From Azolla caroliniana (Eukaryota > Plantae > Polypodiophyta): DNA of 64,000 nucleotides. Shown piece by piece: positions 49,501 to 63,560 of this stretch. Numbering within the stretch: position 1 is the stretch's first letter; each line of letters begins with the position of its first letter. The notes beneath the pieces are model-generated. The model was not told where the DNA came from and made no database searches. It worked only from the letters and a program-made list of their open reading frames with translations. A program made the position numbers and the translations under genes. The stretch is taken from assembly GCA_043228905.1 (NCBI GenBank), contig JBHGNT010000002.1:25916001-25980000 (forward strand), written 5' to 3'.

Positions 49501-52500
49501 AGAACACAAGTCATAGTTTATATTTAATATTTCTGTTAATTAAGCCAGGTTTATGAACCATTATACTCCCTTTGATAGTTCTCAGGAATAGATTGAGGAT
49601 GAAGCATACAATATTTGCCATTGTCAAACTAGACTCACATATAACAAAATGAAGTTACAGACAGATCTTAATTAAACTTTATACCACTACATCTCGGCTG
49701 ACAAATTAAATGCATGAAAGTGTATGAATAAATAAGAGAAATGAAAAGAAATGTGATTATAAACACCTTTAAAGGGTCAAAATGAACCATGAGACCAAAG
49801 CTATAGCCATCAACTAATAAATGACAATTATTCGACATAAACAAAAGAAAGAAAGAAACATTTCTGGAAGATCATATTGCCTGGTGAGACCTGACAAAAA
49901 TGGCAAGAGATTTATGTTAACTCACTAATGTGAAAAACAAAAGAAAATTATCTTTTTGAACTAATCTCCTACATATAAAGGGCTTGAATATATGTAATCA
50001 TAAATAACTGCACCAATCAGGTTTGCCACCTGATCACTAGAATTGTTAGGAAGTAATAATAGTCTAAAGCCCTTATAAGGCCCTATATCTCCTCCTCTCA
50101 ATGATGCTCCTAGAGACAGGGATTGAGTCCCATAAAATTACGGTCATCAAAAAGGTATAAACGTATGTGATCAAGGCAAAGGAAATGCCTGCTTGTCACT
50201 TGCAATTATGAGTGTGAAACTCTAGCTACAAGCAAAAGTAAAATCCTCTCATCCAGCTAGCTGCCAAACTGTGACGTCAGCCAGACAGGTGCTGACCATT
50301 AAACCCTCACATACCTTTTTCAAATAGCCCAAACCTATATTTCTCTATAAATTCTCATCTAGCTTTTCAGCTTAATCAGGAAAACCTTCTATGGAGGGTC
50401 AAGAAAATATTCTAAGGTGTGGCTCTATAACTAAAGCACATCGTCTCCCACTAATTGATTGCACTACTCACTCTCAGACCTTTGTTCCTTCTTATCACCC
50501 GTATGTAGTTGAGAGCTCCCCCCATTGTATTAGTTTTACACTTTTAATCACTCATTCTGCCAGGATTTTGCAGTCTCTCTATATCTTGGCTTCTCTATTC
50601 ATTCTGTTTGGTGTGATCATCCTATGTCCTCATCAACTGATTTTTTCACTCAATGGTTCAAGAAGTGGGTCATAAATTATCTACTCGAAGTATCCACAAA
50701 CAATATGCATTAGGTAGGCATTGAGCTCCATCTTGTCAACATCCTAAAAGCCAAATGGACAGCAGAAAAAAGGGAAACGACATTACGAACTTCTCATAAA
50801 CCCACCACGTGGGGTCACTTATCAAGCAACATGCCACTGTGCTCAACCTCACTTGTTATTCCCGCACCTTCCCAGATGAAACAGGTAATTGACCTCTTCA
50901 GAACAGCCAGGCACGACTTAACTGTTCACCCATTGTGGATGTGACTGGCTGATTGCACAAGAAAAATCTAAATCCTAACATGTAAATCAAAACCAATACT
51001 AATACAGAAGTTTAATGTCATGGAAGGCAGGCTTAATCACAAATAAGACTTTAACTCCTACAGGATTTCCAAGGCCAAGAAAACATACATTCTCAATATG
51101 AGCCAAGCACCCATGCTTTGCAGCAAAGGAAAGGACACCTTCTTCTTGATCATTTGAAACCGGCTCGATCACAATGTGTGCAAACATATTGCCATATTTC
51201 CCCATAGCCTGTAGGAGATAAAGGCACATATAGTTCCAACAAATAGGAAGTCTAGATATTAAACATCGACTTTAGCAATTAAACATCTACCAAGTGCTAC
51301 GCACTTGATGTAACATTTATAAACTATTTAGATTTCTCTATCAAATGGGAAGGAGTTTCCTAGATATTTCTAAAATGGCTTACCTCCTCTAGTAGAGCTA
51401 GAAATCTTGCCTCGTACAAATGCAATGTTTTTGTAGCTGTAGGAATAAACACCTGTAAGAGATGCATCAACCAAGAGTGACAAGGATAACGTGATGCATC
51501 AAAACCATAATAAAATGTGTCCTACTTCAGCAGGAGAAAATGGTAGACATGGAACCTCCATGATTGCTGGCTCTGCATGTGTAGGTATAAAAAATTATTA
51601 GTTTTGAAGTTTATATGCATGGAGGACAAGAATAAACAGACAAGCAGTGAAAGTGAAGATTGATGACCAAATGTTTGTCAAAAAGCATAGGGAATGTGGG
51701 AGGGAAGATCAAAGCATAAAACAATCTTCTAACTATGAAGCCAATCAAACGAGCATCCTATTAAAAGTGGGCAGAAAATTCATAAAAATATGTTCATCCT
51801 TTAGCAATCATATGCATTCAACATATAATTAATTTAAAAATCTACAACAATTTTGCAATTTACCAGCAGAATTGCTTTTAGATCATTCAAAGGAATAAAA
51901 GACACCTTCGATATAGTTTGAAACTAAGAAAATGGTACAAATTCACAATAGTTTGCAATTTACAAGCAGAATTACTTTTCGATCATTCAGAAGGAAAGTA
52001 TGAGCACTATCTTATCATAAAAATAGCTTATATATAGTCCAAAGGAATGAAAATTGCAAATTTCACTAATTGTAGAGCAAAATCTACAATGTTTCAGCAA
52101 TTTGCCAACACAATCTGCCACCAGGCTCACTTCTAGATAGTTCACGGTGAGCAAAAAAATTATAGTTTCACGGATCAGTGTATAAAATCCACGTGAGTAT
52201 AGCAATATACTCGCAGAATCAGTTCTACTTCACTCAATTGGGAAGAAGTCAGTGATACGATGGCCTAATTATGAGTATATATTCTTCATTAATTTTGGAA
52301 TTCACAAAAAAGAATTCCTTGTAGATTTCTCAAGGACAAGAAAGAAAAAAAACATGAGCATTTGGGGTACCTAAAACATATTTGTGGTTGAAACAGAATC
52401 ACTTATGAGTAGAAGAAAGGAGAAAAGGGTTGGTGATAAGGAGCACAAAATCTAAATATTTGCAAGATTGACCAGAAGAATCCCTTCTAGACCGTTTGAA

Positions 52501-53008
52501 AATAAAGAAACGAGCAAAATCTCACCTCCTTAGGAGTATCAGACATACAATAGCTTCCCAGTATTCCAGTAGATTTGCTTCTGGATTTTCTAAAAGTGAA
52601 CGAGAAAATTTTGGACTATTGGAGCAAAAACAAATCTACAACATTTTCGCAGAATTGTTTGTAGAACATCCAGAAGGGAAGAAAGGAATAATTTTGCATT
52701 TTACAGCCACAACAATCGTGTTTAGATATTTCAAAGCAAAAGGATGAATTCTAGAAGAGACAAGAGAGAAGAACATTACCATCGAGGAGAGACCTCTCGA
52801 CAGAGAAGGAAAGGGTACGAAATAAAGCTCTGCTTAGCTTGTTTCGACGATGACTATGAAGATGGCGATGGCGATGGCGATGGCGATGGAAGAGGAGAGG
52901 GGAGGAGTAAGAAGAGGGGGATCGAGAGAGAGGGGAGGGGAGATCTGGATGTGTAGTGGAAACGAACGTGAAGCGATGAGGAGCAGGGGATGAGCACGCC
53001 ATCGCCAT
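46553..53008 (-). CDS. ATP-dependent protease La (LON) substrate-binding-domain protein, probably plastid-targeted; multi-exon
   Basis: GT-AG exons at 51526-51572, 51384-51452, 51089-51208, 49096-49170, 48818-48952, 47670-47811 and 46553-46710 splice in frame. They give EVPCLPFSPAEVFIPTATKTLHLYEARFLALLEE...GALVTIRGIGRV...LAAKVALQSLQF*. A Ser/Arg-rich transit-like N-terminus starts at ATG 53008. Splicing of the first exon(s) (52526-53008) is not resolved. Confidence 0.88.
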
Positions 53009-53119
53009 AGCTCGACTGGCTCATCTTCCCCCCCCCCCCCCACCTGGACTTGACTTTTTTATTTCTGTTTTTCTTTTTTCTTTTTTTTTTAAATTTCTGT
53101 GGTCCACAGAAAGCGGACT

Positions 53120-53455
53120 CATTTCTTGACCCTCTTGACTCCCTGACTCTCTCTCTCTATCTTGACTTCCGATGTTCTCGGGTCTTGACTGCCCCCTCTG
53201 TGAGCCTTGACCACTGTTCTCTCTTGGCTCTCAGTGTCTCTCACTATCTTGACTACCGATGATCTCGGGTCTTGATTGTCCCAGTCGTGAGCCTTGACCA
53301 CCTATTCTTAGTATCTTGACTACCTATGTTCTCGAGGGTCTTGATTGCCCCCTCCCTCTGTGAACCTTGACCTCCTATTCCCTCTTGACCCTCTTGATTA
53401 TCGATATTCTTGGGCCTTGATTGCCCCCCCCCCCCTCCATGAGCCCTGACCATCG
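53120..53455. repeat. Degenerate array of CTTGAC/CTTGAT-cored units in the promoter region
   Basis: About 15 cttga(c/t) motifs at ~20-25-nt spacing with recurring gggtcttga.tg.ccc. Confidence 0.75.
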
Positions 53456-54389
53456 ATTACCTGAGCTAGCAACCTCAACCTCCATCTCAGTTCCCTAAAT
53501 GCATAAAGGGCCTAAACCTGAGCTTTCATCTACTTACTCAAACACAAGCAATCATAGTTGAGTTGTATTGTCGTCCTCTGAATCACTATCCCTTCTTGTA
53601 CCCTTGGCTAGAACAAATGACCATAAAAAGAATGGCCAATTTTTAATTAGTATTAAAGTAGCCATTGTTAGTTGTGATGAGAATGATTATCCGCGAGCTA
53701 GACTTGAAATCGAACATGTATGCAATGAGGTTGGTGTTGAAACACGCGATGCTCGACTCTGATACCTTGCAGGTTTCTTTCTCAATGTTTGATCTATATG
53801 CATGTTTGACTATGGTACCTTGTATCCAATAGCTTTTCCAAATTCCCAAATTGCGTCTTTGACTCCGATGTCTTTCGAATACATACTTGGTTACTTGTGA
53901 TTTGATTATTTCAATGGATACATGTTACAAGGACATTATCGTTTCCATTATATTGATTTATATACCTAAGCATCTTGTCAGTTTACTATGTTGACTACAT
54001 ACTTGTGAGTTTGGTGTGTTGACTAATGTGCCTATACTCTCATTATCTTACGAGTCTAGTATATTTTCCAATGTGTTGACTACATACGTTAGTACCCTAT
54101 GAATTTATTGTGTTGACTACATGTGTATTGATTGTGTATCTTACAAATCCAATGCCTTGACCACATGCTTTGATAGTTTGTTGATGACATGTATGATGCA
54201 CTTTATTGTAATGTCTCTCCTCTATGTTGTGACTCTAATATCCCGTGAAGCCAATGTATTGATGACATGTGCCTTCACTCAATATCTTCTAATTCTAGTT
54301 TAATTTCGAGTATATTAACCACGCGCTTATTGATTCCAAATAATCTTCGAATTTTATCGACCATCACCCTTACACTACACGTATTTCCA

Positions 54390-55140
54390 AATCACACATG
54401 AAATACCTCAATAATTTCATTAAAGTTATCTAGTAATATCAACCTCTTTTCAAATAATGGTGCAAACCATGCTAGTCTTGATCTATTATCAAGGCATTAA
54501 TTCATCCAAGTCATGCATCATTGATTAGGTATTGTGGGTACATTTGAATTTGATTTAGTAATCCTTTGATCATGCACCATTGAACATTGGCAAGAAACTT
54601 ATACATATTGGGCTCCTTTGAAGAGTTCCTAAGTTTGTTATCGTGACATTTATAAAATCGTTTCTAGTTGTTAGACCCATTGTGATGGCTCCTTCTTGTT
54701 GTGCCTTTTTGGCACTTGTGTCATGTGCCTCAAGAACCTCTTATCTCTTGTTTAAGTGTCACAAAATTGGTTTCAAGGAATGGACACTTTCATAGAGATA
54801 CTTGTATATGATTTATTGCAATAAAACTCATAGTTACGAGAAATATTGTAGGGTTCTCGTAAAGACTAAGAAGAAATAGAGTTCAAACCATCTATTGGTT
54901 CATATTGAGAGACTAATGAGTTGAACATTCCATGCTATGATTAGGTTCATCCTGTCCAACATGTATTCTATGTTCGAATAGGGGAAAAAGCCCCTTAAAA
55001 AAACTAGATTGAGAAGGAAGGAAAATTTTATCATAGAAAATAATAACAATAGTTGCAAATTTGTGCCAAATTTGGTGTTGAATCAAATTGGTTTGATCGA
55101 TCGAGATATTATATATGTATATTACTCTTAATCTTATACA
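54390..55140 (-). mobile_element. Faint further relic of the gag/LTR family
   Basis: LAWFAPLF on the minus strand at ~54455-54475, and ggtgttgaatcaaattggtttgat (~55075) resembling the 7968 LTR motif. Confidence 0.45.
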
Positions 55141-57579
55141 TGCTTGTCAACTAGTTGTGATGCATGTTTGCCAATTGATGATAATGCAACATAGCCATAA
55201 CACAATTTGCTACAATGACCACAACTTAGAGTATCACGATAATGATATTCTAATGCATGAGATACAGAAATGTTGTACATGATATTGTATGTATTATTGT
55301 GAATAGTGAGATCACCATCTCCAATATTGTTGACCAAATATTGTATATAGTATATTGGTAAATTCGATTGTTATGTCAATGATAGCAATATCGTCACTAC
55401 TTACCTTGTAGTTGTGCAAAATTCTATTGGGTCCTTAGGGATCATGTCAATTGTTTATTGACTTAACTCTGGCCTCTTTTTTTTTATCCCTTCAAAAAAC
55501 TACATATGGCCATTCTTGGCTATATGCATATCAATGTGGCCTCGCATATTTTAGCAAAGACATTAAAGCAATCGTATTAACATTGTAGTGTTTCTCATTT
55601 GCAAGTATGTTTTGTCACAAAAGAAAATAGACTTCGTAGCAAACAACCCTACTTTTTTTTTCTTCCAAAGATATTGCATTAGTGTTAAGAACACCCTAAG
55701 GCTTTACATGAAGCATGTACATATAGGTAATGAACCCCGTGCTAAGTTTTGACTAACAACTTAAATAAATACTTTGGTCTAGAATAGAACCACTCCACCT
55801 TGTTAGAAATACGCCTATAAAGTGTTCCTTTGTCCCATATAGCATGAAATTCCAATCGTGGAAACTCTGATTGTTGCGTATTACCTTTTATGTTATCCAA
55901 AGAACCCCAGAGATTATGCACCATGTTCATCCAGATCCCAATTATTTGGGTATGTCTTTTGGTCACATTTTACCAAATTGTTTCAACATTGTAAACAATA
56001 ACTCTCCTTCAAAAGGCAAAATAGCTCTCATACCGCCACAATAACATTGAAATGATAAACATAACCTAAATTTGATTCTTCTCCTCCCAAATCATCTACT
56101 TCATATTCATCATCACCATGCCTTAACTTCTTCTCTGTATATCATGCATAGGGGTTATATATTGACACACAAGGCTTCGTGTACAATAATCATGTTGGAA
56201 TAGTTTGGTCCTCTAGAATATACTCAACACTTATATGAGTCACCAATAATTCAACCATGCAAAAATGTTGATATCATTTGTAAGCCAAACATTATGTTGG
56301 AAAACAAGATCATAGAACGATTAGAGCCACTTCTTTTCTACAACCAACATTGAACTTTTTTTGTGCAATAGTATATGTCGCACCTCCAAAGGTAATTCAA
56401 CAAAACATCGAAGGGAGATCTGCGCGTTCGTGAATGTGCATGCATTTTTTGTATATACTATTGGGTATGATTGTTATCATTGTGTATTTCCTAAACCGAT
56501 TTATAAGGGGTGGCGGGCAGTACACAAAGGGGATATTGAACCAAAAAGTGGGCCAAAACGTTGTAAGTCCTCCCTCCCCTCCCCTTTCATTATAGTTTCT
56601 CGCCCTCAAAAGATAGCATCTTGATGTTAGTTTGGAAATGAACTCGTGTTTTAAAAGATTTGATAGCTATTTTCATACAACCTTTAAGGATTGTTAAACA
56701 TATTATGGCATTGACTTATTATTAACGTTGGACAATTGCAAGCCAGTTGGAGTGGTCAAGACTTATTTGTTCAATCCAACATCTTCCAATCATTTTATGA
56801 ATAAGTAGGTTATGAAGTTAAAATATAATAACAAAAACAATATTTACAAGAGTCTCATTCAAGACCTATACAAATTTGGTTTCTTATTCATGACTTGAAA
56901 TATAAAGTCATGAATTGAATCTTGTAAATCATATATGTATGCAATATGCCTCGACACTACAACATCGACATCAATGATTCAAATATTTAGTTGAATACGA
57001 ATGGTTGCAAACACTATATTTCATCATAGGGACATTGTTTCAATTATGTGTTGACATGTCGAATATGATTAATCAATCATCCATTGGAGCTAGTCAAAGT
57101 CAGTTCAAGCAATCACCAATGGTATTTAGTTGGGCTCACTAGTACAAGGATGCAAAGTACTCGCTTGTGTTCCCTCAATGAAATAAACATCACAACTAGT
57201 CAATCTCGATTGGTCAACTCACAAATAACTACTCGAGCTCAGTTGATGACCCACCCAAAACTTGCTCCCACCTCAGTTGGTTGAGCGAAAATCAAACAAA
57301 TTGGTCGATAGCACGTTAACTTTGCGGAATGCAAAACACTTAGTGAAGAAGTGGGACGAGCTCTCATTCGAACCGAATAACCGAGACCACAACAATGGAT
57401 CGAGCTACAACCATAAGCATGGCAATGAAGTAGTGGGGTGGACCCGATGAATCGACCCACGAGAACTTGGCACAACAAAGATTCGGACCGATCCGATAGA
57501 CATTATTGATCGAGGCTGCTCTTAGATTCATACTCTTAAGTGTGTAAAAGTTTAACCCCCACCCATGTTCAAAAGTTCC

Positions 57580-57607
57580 TCTCTCTGTCTCTCTCTCTCA
57601 CACACAT

Positions 57608-57666
<59 letters not shown>
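57580..57666. repeat. (CT)n/(CA)n microsatellite upstream of SAPS gene
   Basis: Directly visible. Confidence 0.95.
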
Positions 57667-57670
<4 letters not shown>

Positions 57671-58120
57671 GTATGTATGTATTTCTACACAGATTTCAAC
57701 ACACGATTGCCCTTTTTCTCTTTTCTTCACTAACAGAAGGCCGTAATCAGACCCTTTCTGTGTAGGAATCTCTCTACCTCTCTTTCCCTCTCTTCCTGCG
57801 GATCTACTCTCCCCTCCTATCTCCTTTGTACATCATCTCTCTACCTCTCTCTGTTTCTGCTGCTCTGCTTGTTTTAGGTTCTCTGTGAAAAAACCCTAGA
57901 TCCTTGGCTTTTCCCCCACGGAGAACCCTAAATTTTGATAACCTCGTCCAAATAAGGAAAGCTCTCCTCCTGTGTGATAGTTCGGGGAGATCCTTTTAAG
58001 TTTTCGGAAGACTGCAGAAGGTTATAGAAGATTCCAAAGATTCCAGAAGGGTTGTTGAAGCGAGGAGAGTCTGAAATTTAGGAATTCCATCTGTTTACTT
58101 GAAAACTGTATTTTGTCAAG

Positions 58121-61100
58121 ATGTTCTGGCACATGGCTGGTTTGTCCGCAACCTCCCCTGTAAGTTATTCCTCTGTTCTTTTTTTTACTTTGAAATTGTT
58201 TTATATCTTTCTAATTGCTTTTATGAATATGATGTTTATCATGTAACAGAGATTGTTTTGGTCATGTGATGAGATTTTTTTTGGGTCATGTAAAGATATT
58301 ATTTGGGTTATTTCTATCTAATGATTTTTTCTTGGAAATGGGCACATTTTTCTGGTGATTTAAAGAGCGCACTTTGAAGAGAATATCGGTCATTCAAAGA
58401 AATTTTCTGGTCATATAAAAAGATTTTTTTGGTTATTTTGTAACACTTTTTGGGCTATCATCTAAATATATTTTTTAATTGTCCTTTAAAAAGACGAGTT
58501 TGGTCCCATAAATAAATTTGACATCCGAATTGGATGTGAATATTGTGGAAGGCATAGTTGTTTTATTCTTTTAGTTCTACACATCAGCTTCATTATCATT
58601 CTAAGAAGTAAAAGGGCTCATATACCAAAGGAGGATATTCAGTTTAATGATTTAAAGCACCTACCAATATATTTATGGTAAATTCGAAATAAGTTAATGG
58701 TGATTCTTAATTTTCTTCACTAAGGCTATGGAAATAGGTTTATATATATGTGTGTGTGTGTTGGTATATATCTATGTATCAATAGATATATGCTGATAGA
58801 TACATATTGTAAGGAAAATTATTAAATACTAAGTTTTTAATTTTGTGATCAATTAAAAACTCCATTTTCTAATTAGCTGTTTCAGAGGTTAAATTAATCA
58901 TGTGCTCTATGCTACTAATGAGTTTTCTTAATCATGTAAGTTTCACGTGATCACAAGTCTATACTTTATCAGTCGTATGTAGGTAACTTTGAAAATAAGC
59001 AAGTGTGTTTTTTAAAACTCTAACGCATAGTACGTAATATACTCGAATGCATTGGCAAACATTTTTTTTCATACGAATGCGTATGTAATCAAAACATTCT
59101 TATGTTTTTTTCACACTTTTTACCTTAACTTTCTTACCTTAAAATAAAATTTACCTTATAATAAATAATGAATACAAAAGTATGGTATTTACCATACTTT
59201 GAAGGTGTTTTCCATACTCGAATGAATTGAAACATTCTCGAATGCGAATGTACATATGGTTCATACTATGCTCTAACGCATATAAGAATACTTTTGTATC
59301 GATAGATTCTGGTATGTCTATATCTGGGCATATACCCTTGTTGAAATATACTTTAACATACTCTAGAATTGAAACGATAGGATTTCTGCACGTTTTTTTT
59401 GTTTGCTTATTCTGTTATTCACAATATGGTATTTTGGAGGTGCTTAGCTCTCACATACATCTGTTCTGATATTTTATTTATTATCTTATGACATTATTGT
59501 CATTGTTTTACCAGTGTGTCTATATTTCCATATGTATCCATTTAGTGACCACTGGAAGCTATTGTCACTGTCATGAAGGTCGTTTTGCTTTGGAATAACT
59601 CAAGAGTTCTCCAGAAATCTCAAAGAATTCTAGAATGTTCCAACATCCTTTGACTTTTCTAGAAGAAAACAAAAGTTAGTTGACATCACACCAGAAGACA
59701 CACACTCATTAGTATTCATCATGCTTTATTCTGATTACACTACTGAAGATCTACCTGAAGCTAATTAGACATTCCCCTGTCCCCACCCACCCCTGTTTTT
59801 GGAGGGCATGACTGTTCTTCATACAGCTGTCATGCTCGCGAGGTTTGATTCTGGTTGAGTGTATTTTATGTGTAAATCTCATTTGTTTATACTGTTGGAA
59901 CATCTAATGCGGAACCCAAACCTAGGCCTTTGTTCGTAGAGTCTCTTTCATTAGGGTTTGCATTTATCTGTAGATTTGTGTTCATCCCTCTACTCTTTCA
60001 CTCTCTCTGAGGTGTGTTATGGACCACCTAATCTTGTTTCTGAGAAGGCTCTTCAAAAGTCTATGTTCTTCAGCATTTAATTTTACCATCGTTTTTGAAA
60101 TGTCTATGTTGGGAGACTTAAATTATGGAGTATGGAAGTTGAAAAGGCCAAGACAGTTTGCAACTCCAACGATATGTTGAATTAGCTAATAAACAGTGAC
60201 ACCAAGGAAAATTCTGTGAGTGGGAGTAGAAAATTCGCAAGCATTTGGTTTTATGAACTTAGCTGACTTAGTAACATAAGAAGTTCAGACAGAAGAGTAT
60301 GTTTATTCCTTTTGGAAATGGATCATTGAAATGCATGAAAATATGTTTGCACACATTTTAGTTTGGGATTCAGAGCTGGCAAACTTGTGATAGGTAAGTT
60401 CAACTCTCTGTGTGGAATCTCAAGGAAAATCTGAGAGAAGTGGAAGGATCTTGTAGCAGTGGGCATCTAAATTGCCACTAATAAAGCTATTTTAATAATT
60501 CCTGAGAAGTAAAATAGCCACTAGCTGCTTTTTAATTGATCGGTAACATCATCTCAATCCAGACCTCACTTGATACTAATGGTGTTTGTGCATGACCACG
60601 ACATGAATGCTTGAGCTTACTTCTTTGAGGCTAAATGCCTTTAAATACTTCTGGGATTAGAAATTAATGTGCAAACTTTTAAGAATATCAAAGTGATCAA
60701 GTATTTCCCTGACTTGGGGATGGGGATGTTCACTCTCACAAAGTTCTCAAAGATCAAGGGAATTCTCATAATATTACCGTTCTTGTCTTTGGCTCATCTA
60801 ATTTTGGATTGACGTCTTCATAGCCAATGGGCTTAGCTCGTCTGCTCTAAGTTTCATGAAATCCATTGCAAAAGGCCTACAAGCATGCCTTTCTGTAAAT
60901 CTCTTGTACAACTTGTCACTGGATCTTCTACCAACTTGCTGTATACTGTGGTATTTTAGGATGGTGTGATTTGGATTAGGAAGGGGTACCCTGACACCTT
61001 TCAATCCACTAACTACAAGAGGGGTGTGTCTCTGCTGGGTCTGTGTTGGGAACCTGTTCTCTGAAATAGACCAACTTTTTTTTCCATAATATCTCCATCC

Positions 61101-63560
61101 TTTCTTTGTTGGTGGGAATGGGAAAGCTAAGACTCCCCCTCAGAGTGAGTAGAGTGTTCTTCTCACTTAATGATCCTGGTCTCAGTATTGTAGTTCGGGA
61201 GCCTTACCTGCAAGTCAGGTCATTAGCTCAGTTGGTAGAGCGTGCTCATGATGATTGATCTTTTGTGGGTGGGGTGTGAACAAAGGCTTTCATGCACAAG
61301 CCCATTGATGCCTGGCCTGAGGATATTTATTATCCAAGGAACTGCCTTGAACGATTAGTGGCAACCAATGGTTATGCTACTGTCAAGCTGAGTGCCCGGT
61401 TGCTTGTTTCACATAATGTGTAATGCTATTTCATGTTGACTTCTTTTGCTGATTTGTTGCGAGTTGATTGCTACTCACAGTGTGATACCAGAGCCGCCTC
61501 ACTGTCACTGAGAAACTTGCTTTTCATTCCTGAACAAAGCATATTGAGTGGCAATACCATTATCTTCGTGAGGAAGCCTTTATTGGAGATTTACAGCCCA
61601 TTTACTATCCATCTCTGGACATACACTCAGATGCCTTCACACCCAACTGAAGCCTTTCATTACAACTATTTTCTGTTGGATCCATCCAGGTGCTGAGAGC
61701 GGTGTTATGGGCATTTACCAGCCCAATTAGCTAAGTAAGGGTATTTACCAGCCCGATTAGCGAACTATTTTCTAACAAAGTACATGTGGGAAACGGAATT
61801 GGCTCCCTTTGCTCTTTGGAATTGTAATTATAAATCTTGAAAATATTTGGGAATAAACTATTGCTGTTAATCAATACATTTGTTCTTTCATGTTATTTTC
61901 CACTTATATGCTGCATTTTCACAATATAACAGTGGTTTTTATTTGGTTCTGCTAATTCTCTCCTTTGCATTTATCTTTATCAACCTAGGTCAGCCATTTG
62001 ATGCTTGTGCTTCAATATGCTACACAAAGCAATGCCATTTTTTGCAAATCCATAAATATAGTCATTGTCAAAGTATATATAGTATAGCTGCTTTTGATGA
62101 AGGAAAGACAATTTTAAGTGTTAAACCCAAATCACTTATTTTTAATATCTATAATATTTGCATTTCTCACCTCTCTTGGTCTCATAAATAAATAAATAAA
62201 TAAACATATGCATATACATTGCTATATTAACTACTTGGGACAGACAATGTTTAAGCTTCTAAATTCAAACAATGTTTTTTTAATAGCTTCATATATTTTT
62301 CATCTCGCTCTTAATAAAATTGAATTGGATGAATGTTCTAATTATGCTTCGTGATGGCAGGTTGAGACTTTACTTGATAGGGATGACTTCACACTTGAAG
62401 AGCTTTTGGATGAGGACGAACTTATCCAAGAGTGTAAATCGCTAAATAACCGATTGATAAATTTGTAAGAATTTGGTATAGAGCAGTAGTATTTAGGAGT
62501 CGTTGTTCTGAGAAGATGCTCAGGGTCATCTCTTGACATTTTGCAGTCTTAGAGGGAAATCACAGGTTCAGCAGCTTCTGAAGTATGTTATCGAAGAACC
62601 ACCAGAGGGAGCTGATAATAAAAGGGTTTTCAAGTAAGTGACATGTGTTAATTGAATATTTTCAACTGAAGCGAGGGTGTAACCCAGATTTCTAAATGTG
62701 GAAGAAAATGGTGATCTTTGCAGGTTTCCTTTCATTTCTTGTGAAATCTTCACTTGCGAAATCGAGATAATAATGAAAACATTGGTAGAAGATGAAGAGG
62801 TAATTTTGTATTGTACCGCATGTCTTGTTTCCATTCATCTACTGTATAGAAACAGCAATGCAGAGTCTGCATTTATTATGATAATGAACACAAAACTTTT
62901 AAATGTCTCGGTTATTATGACATGCCCTGTTTTTAGCTGTTCATCAATTTTACCCTCCATATGCTCTTTAAGACTCTCGTCATTGAAACTGAAAACTCGT
63001 CTAGAGGCTATTTTGAGAACTAACAGAGGCTCACCATGTCTGTTCTTTTATTGCTTATTTATAGATAAGAAGAATGGATCCAAAAATGCAATATCTATGC
63101 AAAATAAGCTTAGAGTAACAGTCATCCTTTCTTTGAAATTGAATTCAAATTGTTTTCTAGAATTTGTTAGTATTTCACCAACTGTGGTAGACAAATCTTT
63201 CCAGGAAAACGCAAAATGTCATTGTCCCAAGTAATTATGTTATAGATGTTTTATGATTAACATTTTTGGCTGGCCAATATAATTTCATATTTCATGCACT
63301 TTGCTTTACTTGAAATGGAAGAACAGCATTTATTTGAAATTGAACTTTAATTTTGCTGGCATATAATGTATCTACTGCATATCTCTCATCGTCTGTTTTA
63401 GTCTGACTATGTGGGCGAATTCACATGGTTGAGAAGCTCTATGGAAATATTTCTCACTAAGTGTAGGTTTGCCTTTTTTTTGCAGTTGATGTGCTTGCTG
63501 TTTTCGTTTGTAAATCCAGATCGACCACATGGCACTTTATTAGCTGGGTATTTCAGCAAG
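58121..63560 (+). CDS. SIT4 phosphatase-associated (SAPS) family protein / PP6 regulatory subunit, 5' exons (gene continues beyond window)
   Basis: Exons 58121-58159 (MFWHMAGLSATSP), 62361-62464 (VETLLDRDDFTLEELLDEDELIQECK), 62547-62633, 62724-62799 (FPFISCEIFTCE) and 63486-63560 (LLAGYFSK). All are GT-AG and in phase. Confidence 0.95.
61222..61250 (+). other. tRNA 5'-half-like fragment in SAPS intron 1
   Basis: TAGCTCAGTTGGTAGAGCG is a canonical D-arm, but no T-arm or acceptor stem follows. Confidence 0.45.

Noticed and set aside
61222-61300. Intact tRNA gene in SAPS intron
   Set aside because: Only the D-arm matches; there is no TTC-GA T-loop or acceptor stem
62698-63234. 178-aa ORF as a standalone gene
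   Set aside because: It is SAPS exon 4 read through into intron sequence. The same applies to 63411-63722, 47590-47841, 48985-49221 and 50999-51229 for their genes.
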